A DNA stretch of 20,876 nucleotides, filler included, from Parasitella parasitica NRRL 2501 (GCA_025201805.1; 3 parts of 3 records of this genome joined end to end with filler, not necessarily neighbours in it), one strand, 5' to 3'; positions 1 through 10,269 are shown, numbered from the whole stretch's first letter. Notes: a model not told the origin generated them from the sequence alone. Translations and numbers: made by a program.

Positions 1-72
1 AAAACGAAGGAATCCTTCTAAATAAGGAAGGATTAACAGCCATCGTCAAAAAAAAAAACGAAGGAATCCTTT
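1..72 (+). repeat. Left array of a 54-bp tandem unit; inverted partner of 2312-2416 (TIR-like), truncated by window start
   Basis: cgaaggaatcctt recurs at 5 and 59 (period 54). Unit: cgaaggaatccttctaaataaggaaggattaacagccatcgtc-A11. The reverse complement of 1-57 is found at ~2345-2401. Confidence 0.9.
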
Positions 73-291
73 TAAGTTGTTCTGTTTGATAAACTAAAAC
101 ACTCTGAATAGTGTATACCCGCATATGAAAGAACTTTATTAAGGAGTTTTACAACACTAGGATTGGGTTACTTTAATATATGTACGATTCATGAGTGAAT
201 ATTTGGTACAAACAAGATATAATAACAGCCTGATAGGCATGGTAATAGCATAAAATAAAAAAAGAAGCTTTTCAACATACAAATATTAATA

Positions 292-2279
292 TCAGTATTG
301 TTCATCATCAGGGGGAATGTAGGTGCTACTGCTGTCATTGATAGAAGCTTGTGATCTATCAATGCCATATTGTTTTGCTTCAAATATACTTCTTACTGTT
401 TCTTCTCCTACCATCACCCTTCCAGCGTTCTCCTCTCTTAGAAGCCCTTCAATTTCGTCCTGTTCTTTCAAAAGTTGCTGTTAAATAATTTATTATTAGC
501 CATTGTGTCCATATATAAACACCGTCATCATATACATCATGATTACAATCGGGTCATATACATACCTCGAAATCTGAAAGCAACTCAAAGACATGAATCC
601 AGTTATAACGTTCCTGATAAGAAATCGGAATCGTAGCACTGCGTCTCTCTTCAAAAACGAACTTTTTATCTTTATCCATTGATAAAACCGACAAAGTAAT
701 CTTCCGCTTAATTACTTGAATGCTGATAGCCATGTATTTGACAAACGTTTCGAATCGAGCATTCTTCAAATCATATGCCTTTAATACAAGGATTGAGGTC
801 AAGATTCTAATCAATTTTAATGCGTCATCTTGTGTGTGGCTTTGATCTTCGTTTGCTCCGCCCGACGAAGCTTCAAAAACAACACGTTCATCATCCATAT
901 GACCGACTAAGGTTGAATAGCCAAGACCGTCAGCAAAACTAGAAGTTGCTCGTTGAATATCAATGGCTAAGAATAAAACCGTTTGTAAGCTTTTAATTGT
1001 CTTCTCGCACCTATAATATTACGATTAAGCACCAATGATTGGTTTCTGTGTTCAACAAAGCACTACTTTATTTGTATGACAACTTACCACTCGAAATGAA
1101 TATTTTGATGATGGTTTTCAAAAGCAGAAAAAATCGGTATCACCCTGTCAGCGAAAAAAGTTCTTTCATGATTAGAATATATTGGTGTTGTGCGGAAACA
1201 TTTGGATGAGAAGTCAAGAAGAGTATGTTTCACCATACGATAAAAATTTCGATTATCTTGAGTAGTGCTAGCAGGATCAAGATTTGGATAACCATATTCA
1301 AATAACTCAACATGAGTCTTACAAGACGAAAGAGCGTGCTTCAGGATATCAAAAATATTTGAGTGATGATCAATCATGGAAGAAATACTTTGTTGATTGT
1401 CTTGATGTGCTCGAACAACTGTGGCATCTTCTTCTGACATATCTTCAATGCTTTGCATTCTGAAAATATAATGCTTAGATAATTTCTCTCTATCTGCCTT
1501 TGATATTCTTGGAGTATTCAGTGGAATAACCTTAGTTGATAATGTTGTATCAAAGACGATAGTTTTTGATCCTCTTATAATTTTGATCTAAAAAAAAGAT
1601 ATAGACAATATTATGTGAGCAACTTGTACACTTGTTTTATTTTCTTTAACATGGCATCTATATACACACCTTTGTACTTTCAAAACTATTATCACTTGGA
1701 TGTTTGTAACTTGTTGGTGGTGTTGTTGTGACAGACGAAGGATTTGCGCTAGAAATAGGGGATACGAAGGTCGTGCCAGCAGTAGACGATGACGATATAG
1801 ATGGGTTGGAATCAGAGGATGAAGAAACTGGCAATGTTGAATTTGATGAAGGTATATTCAAGTGTGTATTGAAATGTGTTCTAAGACTATCAATACAAAA
1901 ATGAAGATCGTTGCAGATTGCACAAACAAATATTAACGAGTAGCGTAAATTTGGTTGCTTTTGGATAGTTGCTATAGAAATAAATTGATAACTGCCAAAA
2001 AAAAAAAAAGTGTCTATGAGTCAGCAAATAGGAAAAAAAAAAGCGAGAAAAAATTCTTACTAGTTGGAACCACGCGTTTCATTTTTGACTAGAGGATGTT
2101 GTGGAGGTAAGTTGGAAACTAATCAAGATTATAAAAATGTTAAAAAAATATTGTTTAAAGCATTTACACTCTTATATGAACATACCTTCGTGTTTTTTAA
2201 TATGACTATATAGTGTGGTGCGATTAGTCTTGTCTTCTTGACAGACATGGCAACGAAATGTACGCAATACACAATTCAT
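292..2279 (-). CDS. Spliced gene, ~534 aa: two C2H2 zinc fingers, Ser/Thr-rich linker, C-terminal PD-(D/E)XK (REase-fold, Crinkler CR-REase-like) nuclease-like domain
   Basis: Manual model: complement(join(292..477,566..1010,1088..1587,1670..1971 extended to 1991,2061..2118,2186..2279)), i.e. exons 2279-2186, 2118-2061, 1991-1670, 1587-1088, 1010-566, 477-292, total 1605 nt. All five introns are GT-AG, 67-88 nt, phase-consistent, with no internal stops. ZF1 = CHVC-x12-HIKKH; ZF2 = CAIC-x12-HFNTH. The C-terminal FEW|CEK...FADGLG...VVFEASSG...HTQDDALKL...SIQV pattern resembles fungal REase-fold proteins (recognised by eye). The model incorporates track ORFs 1658..1861, 1084..1458 and 554..898. 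Confidence 0.8.
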
Positions 2280-2311
2280 AAATTCAAGAGAAGGAATACT
2301 ACTAAAACAAG

Positions 2312-2416
2312 AAAGATTTCTTCGTTTTTTTTTGACGATGACTGTTTTTTTTTTGACGATGGCTGTTAATCCTTCCTTATTTAGAAGGATTCCTTCGTTT
2401 TTTTTTTGACGATGGC
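2312..2416 (-). repeat. Right array of the 54-bp unit, inverted relative to 1-72; runs into the gap
   Basis: T-run+gacgatggctgttaatccttccttatttagaaggattccttcg at ~2345-2397, the start of a further unit at 2398-2416, and a degenerate partial unit at 2312-2344 (aaagatttcttcg-T9-gacgatgactg). Confidence 0.9.
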
Positions 2417-2516
2417 NNNNNNNNNNNNNNNNNNNNNNNNNNNNNNNNNNNNNNNNNNNNTTAATTAATTAANNNNNNNNNNNNNNNNNNNNNNNNNNNN
2501 NNNNNNNNNNNNNNNN
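2417..2516. other. Artificial contig linker (44 N + TTAATTAATTAA + 44 N)
   Basis: Exactly 100 nt, with a central 12-mer giving stops in all six frames; identical to 16244-16343. Confidence 0.97.
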
Positions 2517-3204
2517 CTTTTTTCTTTCCTTTTTTTTTTTTACTTTCTACGTTATTACCTCATTTCTTTTTTAATCACCTCTGCTTATACTCACCTTAAA
2601 GCCAGTCATATCCTCACATATAACAAGCTTAAATCTGGTGATATACAACGCCTTCGAGCGATTCTGAAAGAAAAGGTCGCATGTCAAGCGGTGGCATTTT
2701 CGATGTGTGAGGATTGATCAAAAGCAAGGTTTCGCCAGAAATTGATTTTCTGTATCATAAACTCTTGGTTTATCTACAATATATCAATACATCTTTATGT
2801 CTGAATCTTTAATGGTAGATGCGAACTACTTTATCATTATTGATAATGATGATTGAGATCCAAAAGTGTTTACCTTCTCGTGGTGGATCTTGTCTAGTAG
2901 TATGTATACTTGTTAAAGTGGTATATACGAAGCTAAATAGCACTGTCTTCTATTTTTCAATAAAAAAAAATTTTTTTTTTCACATTATCTCTAACTTTAT
3001 AATTGTTTTACCAAAAGATCTCAAAAATAAACAAGCTGGAGTCCTTCTGGCTGTAAAAAGTCTTCTTGAGGCATGCATTTACTCTTTAAGCAATCTTTTG
3101 CTCTTTGAAACCCCAAAAATAAAGAAACATAAAACTAGACGATACACATGCAACTGGTTTTTGGAACCACAGATACACAGTATCTCTATACTTTAGCCTT
3201 CGCG

Positions 3205-5540
3205 AAAGACAGGGCCAATCTAATTTCTAGAATTTTAGTGCTATATTGAAAAAAATGCTTCGTGGCACCAAGACCACAAATATATTTGGCTTCTGCAATG
3301 GTTTGATTATTGCCACATATTGATCTTTCTTTATTCTGGCTCCTCTGACTCTATTGAAATTTTTAACTACATCCAAGGTAAGTGCATTGTCTCCACTGAA
3401 GCCGCCTGGATACTGCTTGAGCTTCCCACTCATAAGAATACCCCACTTATAGCATGCGTTTTGTCCACCTACGAAATGAGCATACAGTTTCTTTCGAAGA
3501 TGGCGATACTGGTGCTGAAATACCGGATGAAATGAGACGAAGTGTCGGTTTGCGCCTATTAATTGAAGGTTGAATCTCATATCGATTCCAATATTGACAC
3601 TGACATTCAAATAGAATTGTATAAAGACTTTTAGAAACCAGGACCAGCGCAATCCTGGCTTCCTTTCAATCTTTAATAAAGACCCTACGTTCTCCGTGAT
3701 ATAATCACTTGTAGTCTCTTTATTCAATTGTCTTTGGAAATAATCGTTATTCATATAACTCTCACTAAGCACAAGTATGCTTATGGCTTGGTTTAAATAT
3801 AAAAACTCATTTGTTGACTTTTAGGCATTGCAATTACCAAAAATTCTTAGCATAATATTGCGTTTACGAATGGTAATTACATGAATGAAATCAGCAATTT
3901 AGAGGCTTTCCGAATGGAAGGATGCAATATTGTGTCCCTACAATGAGCGAAAAGTTTTATTTGCGCCTGCTTTTGACGATCGCCGAAGATGCCACTTTAT
4001 TTGAGTACTTGAGAACTGTTGATGGCATTGGGTACCGACCATTCAAGGAAGCATATATGGCACCGGATTTGATACAGGACAGTTGCGACTGGATCAAATG
4101 CTTTTCTTGAAATAACAAAGACAGTGGGAGTTCCTTTTAGTTCTTCTGCCGATATCTCGTTAAGCAATGGCCAAGCTCTATTTTTTTCTTCAAGGACCTA
4201 GACAAGCCGACAAAACTTTTCTATACAACGCTCATTGCAGCTACTGGAGAAATAATCGCAATATTGGCGCATTTATAGCATCTACCGGAACTGCTGCTTT
4301 TTTGTTGCCATATAACCGTATCTCTCACTTTTTATTAATTTAAAAGCGCTACTTTGTTGCTGTTCTCCAACTCGATGTGCTCTTTCCCAATGCAAGACGA
4401 CATTGCTGATTTCCTGCACAGGATTGACTTTATTGTTTGGAAAGAGGTTTTTCTTCAACGTAGAAAGTACTTTGAAACCATTGATTGTTCGTTACGAGAC
4501 CTTGGTGGCGATGATTAAGAACTTTTTAGCAGATCTCCAGTTATTCTTGGAGGTGATTCTGCTCAAATACCACTAGTTTCTGCCAATGGTTCAAGGCAAG
4601 CTAACGTTAATCCGTCCATTAAGCAATCCTATCTGTGGCGGCATTTGCAAATCCTCAAGTAACGTCAATATGAGAGTGATAAGTTCCTTTCAAAAAGCAA
4701 ATTGTTCAAAATCTGGATAGAACAACGGTCATACAACCGCTATAGTCAGAGCAGAAGAGCTCCTATCGCTGAATAAATCTACAAGAAAAAGAGCTTGCAA
4801 CTTTTTGTCAACAGAGTGCATCCACAAAAAGCTTTGCAAAGCCCCATTTCTCATTTAGATGTTTTTTTTTTTCAAGTGTGTTATCTTGACAGCATTAAAC
4901 AGTACAGTTGCTCAAACCAGTCAAAAGGTTCTAAAGCGCTTTCCTGGTGAAACGGTCATATTGCTTGCTGTAAACAGTGCTGATGTTAAAAAATCTGGTG
5001 ATACTGGTATGCACAATGCAAATGGCTTTTCTACTTCCGAAGTGGTTTTAAATTCTTTAAACTCTGCAAGCAATGTTTCTACTGTCACTCTTGAAATGAA
5101 ATTGTGTACCTTTATCGTTCTCCTAAGATACTTAAACCCAGAAGACAGACTCTTTAATGGAACAAAGCCCAACATGAGTGATGTCTCAAGGTGCCATCTT
5201 ATACCAAGAGTCTCCATGTAGACGTTATATAGTTTTTATGCCTAGACATTTAAAGAAGGCAATCAAACTTTGCTTTTTTATGACTGTAAAAAATGCGTAG
5301 GGTCAATTTTTAAAAAAATTAGACATAGATCATCGCAAACTTGTGTTTGCGCACGGACATTTGTATGTGGCGTTTTTCAGGCCTACTGACGCTAGAAAAA
5401 AAAACGGTATTGCTTAATGAGAAAAACAATGATGAATATGGTCGACAACGTCGTCTATCATGAACTTCTTATCCAATCTTGTATCTCTGCTAAATTAACA
5501 ATAAGTCGTATCGTTGCTTAGCACTTTGTATAGCCTCTAC
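3205..5540 (+). pseudogene. Decayed Helitron Rep-helicase (PIF1-like) remnant
   Basis: Fragmentary motifs appear in Helitron order: DRANLISRI...NIFG (Rep), IFNYIQGKCIVSTEAAW, KFYLRLLLTIAEDATLFEYLRTVDG, degenerate Walker A FFLQGP..DKTFLYNA (~4185-4235), ASTGTAAFLLP, DFIVWKEV, VILGGDSAQI, SIKQSYLW, LLRYLNPEDRLFNGT, IPRV, VFAHGHLYVAF, NVVYHELL. Many stops and frameshifts. Confidence 0.88.
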
Positions 5541-6567
5541 CTATCTATTAAAATCTTAGTATAAGCAAGTCTCCTTGTATCTTTACATGGCCTCCACTAA
5601 ACTATGATGTAACCACCCTCTAAGAAAATAAAAATGTAATAATATTATTGTACATCAAATTTTTTCATATTAAATTCTTAATATATACAGTATAAGTGTA
5701 AATGGATAACGGTCGTCGTACCACTTATGATTAATAACTGAGACTAAGTTCATTGCTCATAAGTCTATTCGTTGGTGCAGCTGCCGCCCCAATAAAGATC
5801 TGGAACAGACTTTATTTTGTGTATAAAGTGGGATAACACATATACATGAATTCATTGCCATTTGTAAAAGCAAATTCATAACCCTGCAAAACAAAACGTT
5901 ACCGTTGTCGCATTCGAAATCTGATTTGTGATGGTTAATCGCAGTATGCATATACTTACATGATTAATTTGTTCTTGATAATCAATAACCTTGACTTGCA
6001 AAGAAATATGTGGCACTATATTTACTTCTAAAAGTTAGCGTTACACGGTAAACTCAAAGCTACCTACAGTAAATATGAAGCACTTGCAATTTTCAATAGC
6101 TTATGAAATGAAGTGTTGTAATATGCAATTCAATTTGATGAGTATAAGATAAAATGAATGAAAAATTTAAATTTTTACACATTTATGTCGCCTTTTTTTT
6201 ATCATTTTCTATCAAAAAAGCTTTTGATTCAATATTTAGATACTTTGCACCAGCAATACCTGCGGCAGTATGACGGCGCCGAATAAGGAGCGAAGGGAGT
6301 TTGGCAGCTAGTGCTGGAAGAAGAAAGAAAATAGAAAAGACTTTGACCAAAATCTAGTGTTTTCCAGATACAAAGCTTTCGCCTTACTGCCCAATCTATC
6401 CGCGAAAGTTCTGCTCGATTAAAATGCTTTCTACGAATTAGTCTCATGTACAATGACTCTGCACCATATTCATCATATAGCAGCTTACAAAAAAAATTCT
6501 TATTATTCATGAAGTAGGTAAAAAATAATTTAAACAGGTTTTATTAAAAAACATATAAAAAAAAAAT

Positions 6568-8490
6568 TTACTGGGCCTTGCGCCACGAGTGGGGCACAGC
6601 CATTGGCCGCAAAGCAGCAGCAAGAGAAGGACGAGAAACATCTGTCGGCCGATGGCTCGAGTGATCTGCAGCTATCGGCCGCGAAGCAGCTGCCGCAGGA
6701 AGACGAGAGACATCTATCGGCCGACGACGTGAGTGAGCTACCGAAATTGGCCGCGAAGCAGCAGCAAGAGGAGGACGAGAAACCTCTATCACCCGAGAAC
6801 CGACAGCAACAGGACAAGGAGCACGAGCAGGAAGCCAAGGAACAACTGCAGGGCGAGGCACAATCACTGGGCGAGAGACAAGCTCAGAAGAAGGCAGAGC
6901 CACAGGGCGGACGGAAACATATGGACGCGGGGCGCCAGCAGGAGAAACCCAGCAATTACCCCTGGCAGGAGCCACAATGCGAGCTGCTTTTAGCCTTGCC
7001 ACAAGCTTGCGCGCAATAAGACGGAGGCGACGGGCTACAGCAATGTCCCGAGTTGTTTTTACTACACGGCTGGGAGCTGGCATGCGAGGTACAGTAAATG
7101 TACGCTCCACAGCACGTGTAGGGCCGCGAGAAAGAGTACCAACGAAGACAAAAGCAACAGAAACACCGAAAAGAGCAGAAGAACCGGGAGGCGGAGCAGG
7201 CCAACGAAAGAGACCAGGCTTCACAACACCTGCAGCGCAGGCGGCACGAGCAAGACGACGAAGCTTGCTTGGCGAAGGCTTCTTCAAAACCTTCGCAGCT
7301 CTGGGAAAACCAGACACAGAAAGAGCACTGCCACCACCGCAATCAACACGACGAAGAGATCGACGTACTCCAGAAAGCATAAACTTTACGCCTTTGCCAG
7401 CATCAGAGACGAAAGAACAAGGAAATGCAAACATGCCACCAGGGAAAAACACATCAGACACAACAACAGGATCGCACATAACAGTTGGAGGTAACCTGAC
7501 ACCAAAAGGAAACGGAGCGACAAAGGGAGACATGACAGTAGGTGGCGACATCACAGCAGAAGGCACACGGACAAAAGGAGACATCATAGCAGGACGTGTC
7601 AAAACAACGTAAGGTGGCACACCGGCGAAAGGAGACATAGCTGCACGAGGCAACGGAGAAGCAAGAGGCGGCAAAACATCCAGAGACAATCGATACGCAT
7701 GAGGCAACGGAGACTCATCAAACGGAAAGGGAGAGTCAGGACGCTCCAGCACGTCACCGGGATATTCAATCCAAACATCCACAGGTGGCAATATGGTTAC
7801 GCCACTGTGAACAACACCAACATCAACACCAACACCAGACACCACAGAAACCCCAAACCTAAAGCCTGTGCCTGTGTTTCTGCCTACAGCAGAAACAAGA
7901 CGGCAAGCAACTGGCAACAAGGCAGCAGAGACACCACCACAAGCGGAAAAACCGAAACGAAACAGCAACGAAATCACAGTCTTTACGCCTCTGCTTGCGT
8001 TCCTGCCTACAGCAGAAACGAGGCGGCAAACAACTGGCAATATGGCATCCAAAAGCCGTAAAGAAAGAGGACGCAACACAACAACAGTTGAGCTACGGTC
8101 TGGATACCCAGTTATGGAGCCAGAGCAGCACGCAGAAGACAGAAAACCGGAAATAAACTTGCGGAGACAAGGAAGAAGGATCCAGCGCCATGCACGGAAA
8201 ACAGCGCAACGAGAGAAAATGCATACCTGATAGAGCACAAAACCAGTGCTTTCAGGAAAGCCTCGGAAGAGTACGCTCATCACAAAAGCCCAGAGGTTAA
8301 TGTTCAAAACAATGGTGTAAAGACCACCACTGTATTCTGATGGAAGCGGAGGGAGCGAAGGAAGTGCTTTTGTAAATAATGACCAAAGGAAAAAGATAGC
8401 GAAACAATCAAATATCATTGCAATTTCGTAAATAAAGGAATAAAGAGCAAAACATTGAGACGAAAAGAATTTGTTGCTTTGTACGCACAT
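6568..8490 (-). CDS. 640-aa low-complexity orphan protein (hydrophobic N-terminus; Pro/Val/Arg/Ser/Ala-rich repeats), copy 1
   Basis: 1923-nt ORF coinciding with a GC-richer island, with strong T-ending codon preference in this frame. The stop falls where composition turns AT-rich and is followed by AATAAA. No recognisable domain. Confidence 0.6.
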   Translation of the reverse strand: MCVQSNKFFSSQCFALYSFIYEIAMIFDCFAIFFLWSLFTKALPSLPPLPSEYSGGLYTIVLNINLWAFVMSVLFRGFPESTGFVLYQVCIFSRCAVFRAWRWILLPCLRKFISGFLSSACCSGSITGYPDRSSTVVVLRPLSLRLLDAILPVVCRLVSAVGRNASRGVKTVISLLFRFGFSACGGVSAALLPVACRLVSAVGRNTGTGFRFGVSVVSGVGVDVGVVHSGVTILPPVDVWIEYPGDVLERPDSPFPFDESPLPHAYRLSLDVLPPLASPLPRAAMSPFAGVPPYVVLTRPAMMSPFVRVPSAVMSPPTVMSPFVAPFPFGVRLPPTVMCDPVVVSDVFFPGGMFAFPCSFVSDAGKGVKFMLSGVRRSLRRVDCGGGSALSVSGFPRAAKVLKKPSPSKLRRLARAACAAGVVKPGLFRWPAPPPGSSALFGVSVAFVFVGTLSRGPTRAVERTFTVPRMPAPSRVVKTTRDIAVARRLRLIARKLVARLKAARIVAPARGNCWVSPAGAPRPYVSVRPVALPSSELVSRPVIVPRPAVVPWLPARAPCPVAVGSRVIEVSRPPLAAASRPISVAHSRRRPIDVSRLPAAAASRPIAADHSSHRPTDVSRPSLAAALRPMAVPHSWRKAQ

Positions 8491-8696
8491 CTGCTGCGAC
8501 TGCCATTCTGGACCGCAGCAGAAAATGTTCTTTTAGGATAGCTGCACAAACCATGGAGCATGACATCAATTTTGACCTTACTTAGTAGTCATTTGAAAGT
8601 CAACGCGACATTGCAAAGTATTTGAATACACAGTGAATTTCAACCCCTACTTAGCTCTAAACCGTCGTAGTACCTAAACTTGTGCAAGAGAAAATA

Positions 8697-10063
8697 CCGT
8701 GGATACGAATAAGTCTTGGTCATTTTTATTTTTTGTGTTTTTTTTTAATAATTTAACATAAATATAATCACTTCTAAACCTTGTATACAAAAATTTTGAA
8801 ACATACCCAACTATGACTCTCTTAGATATTACTAGCAAGAACTCAAAGTTCGCCAGCAACTGGACAATTACACTTGCGGTATGATTATCGGCAGAAAACT
8901 TGCGGGACAGAAGATTGAAGAAGATTGAACAAGAAATGAAGATCCCAAGATCTACCATTCACGATCGCATCAAAAGGTTTGAAAAAACTGGCAAGGGAAC
9001 CATTAAAGAACGTACGGGAAGACCTCTGAAGCTGTCTGAAAGCGATCAAAGAACTATGATCCGCAGTTTTAAGGATCAACCCTTTTTCCCTTTGGTCCAA
9101 CACAATGAACAATTGAAAGCCGCTGAGATCAACAGCCATCCTCAGACTTTCATCAAATATGCAGCCATGAATGTTTATGGTTCTTACTCACCAGCATATG
9201 TACCCAAGCTCAAGTCTTTTCATAAGATAAGGCGCCTTGTTTGGGCTAAAGACAAAGTAGATCGGGCTCCTGAACAGTGGAAGAGGGTAATTTGGTCTGA
9301 CGAGTCCAAATTTGATGTTCAGGGCAGCGATGGACGAGTCAGAGTAATCAGGAAAGAAGGAGAAAGATACCACCCAGACCATGAGTCAAACAAAATATGA
9401 AGTTTGGTAATGGTTCCATGATGATTTGGGAATGTTTTTGGGCCGGAGGGTTAGGGTCTCTTGTTATTATAAACGGCAAGATAAACCAGGATGCTTACAT
9501 CAACTTTTTGTCTGCCCACTTTCCCCCATATCTTGAAGAATTGACAACCGAGGAAAGAAAGGAGTTTATCATTCAAGAAGACGGTGCTTCGTGCCATACT
9601 GGCAATTATGCAAACTGGTACAAGAAGAGATGTAATATTGAGGGGCTCCAGTTTTGGCCCGCCCAAAGTCCTGATTTAAACACAATTGAACATGTTTGGG
9701 AATATATTGACAAGCGTATTGAAAGCAGGAGACATGAACCCAAGAATGTAGATGAATTAAAAGCAGCATTGCGTCAGGAATGGTATTCAATACCTGCATC
9801 ATTTTTAGAAAATTTAGTGAACAGCATGAAATCCCGCTGTTTGGCAGTTATCAAAGCCAATGGCGGTAATACCCGATACTAATGATCCTTTCTTTTTTTA
9901 TAGTCTTGAAATAAATATGTCAATCTTCTTAATTTCCAATTTCCAAACGAATCAAATAACCTTTGTTTAACATGTTTACTTGATCAAAGACTTAGTTTGA
10001 AATAACGGTAAAAAAACTGATGTTAAAAAAATAAAAATGACCAAGACTTATTCGTATCCACGG
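8697..10063 (+). mobile_element. Tc1-type (IS630-Tc1-mariner) DNA transposon, 1367 bp, 38-bp TIRs, TA-flanked
   Basis: TA(8695-96)+CCGTGGATACGAATAAGTCTTGGTCATTTTTATTTTTT (8697-8734), mirrored at 10026-10063+TA(10064-65). This resembles typical Tc1 termini (CAGTGG..AAGT.TT.GTCA). It encloses a transposase. The outer boundary is inferred from motif only, because the flanks are also mirrored. Confidence 0.8.
8813..9882 (+). pseudogene. Frameshifted Tc1-like transposase (HTH + DD35E catalytic domain)
   Basis: ATG 8813; RQQLDNYTCGMIIG; IPRSTIHDRIKRF; GRPLKLS; WKRVIWSDESKF; KFGNGSMMIWECF; IQEDGASCH; WPAQSPDLNTIEHVW; LVNSMKSRCLAVIKANGGNTRY*. Frameshifts near 8850, 8920 and 9385-9397. Confidence 0.93.
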
Positions 10064-10269
10064 TATTTTCTCTTGCACAAGTTTAGGTACTACGACGGTT
10101 TAGAGCTAAGTAGGGGTTGAAATTCACTGTGTATTCAAATACTTTGCAATGTCGCGTTGACTTTCAAATGACTACTAAGTAAGGTCAAAATTGATGTCAT
10201 GCTCCATGGTTTGTGCAGCTATCCTAAAAGAACATTTTCTGCTGCGGTCCAGAATGGCAGTCGCAGCAG

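Larger units (their letters stand above)
1..2416 (-). mobile_element. Candidate foldback/TIR-type element carrying a single ZF-nuclease gene; outer termini not visible
   Basis: Inverted, internally tandem repeat arrays at both ends, with one gene filling the interior. No TSD or true termini are visible. Confidence 0.5.
2517..8734 (+). repeat. Left arm (6218 bp) of giant inverted repeat
   Basis: Every track ORF has an identical mirror with coordinate sum 18760 (e.g. 6568..8490 / 10270..12192). The first inward mismatch is at 8735/10025. Contig ends 2517 and 16243 are symmetric. Confidence 0.97.

Noticed and set aside
1-72. CRISPR-like reading of the palindromic repeats
   Set aside because: Units are contiguous with no unique spacers, no cas genes are present, and the context is eukaryotic.
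189-383. 64-aa track ORF
   Set aside because: Out-of-frame overlap with the last exon and 3' UTR of the spliced gene.
1972-2082. Alternative gene start at ATG 2082 spliced to the acceptor at 1972
   Set aside because: Also phase-compatible, but it omits the clear first C2H2 finger. The longer model uses a stronger polypyrimidine acceptor at 1992.
2461-2472. TTAATTAATTAA as a biological motif or piggyBac TTAA TSD flanking the palindrome
   Set aside because: It sits in the middle of symmetric N runs and recurs identically at 16288-16299, so it is a synthetic linker.
2819-3772. Track ORFs 2819..3196(+) and 3227..3772(-), and their mirrors
   Set aside because: No recognisable motifs; the second is an antisense shadow of the Helitron remnant.
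5757-6510. Short ORFs 5757..5951 and 6229..6510, possible decayed exon
   Set aside because: No motif or splice model could be supported.
6530-8230. Gln/Glu/Lys/Thr-rich and Cys/Ser-rich ORFs overlapping the 640-aa ORF, and their mirrors
   Set aside because: Explained by strand compositional skew that suppresses stop codons; they are fragmentary and several have non-ATG starts.
8627-8640. TA-CACAGTG as the Tc1 outer terminus (106-bp TIR)
   Set aside because: TA-CCGTGG...AAGTCTTGGTCA at 8695 matches Tc1 terminal patterns better, though this cannot be fully excluded because the flanks are mirrored.
9370-9400. Programmed frameshift between the two transposase ORFs
   Set aside because: No clear slippery site, and further frameshifts at the N-terminus indicate decay.
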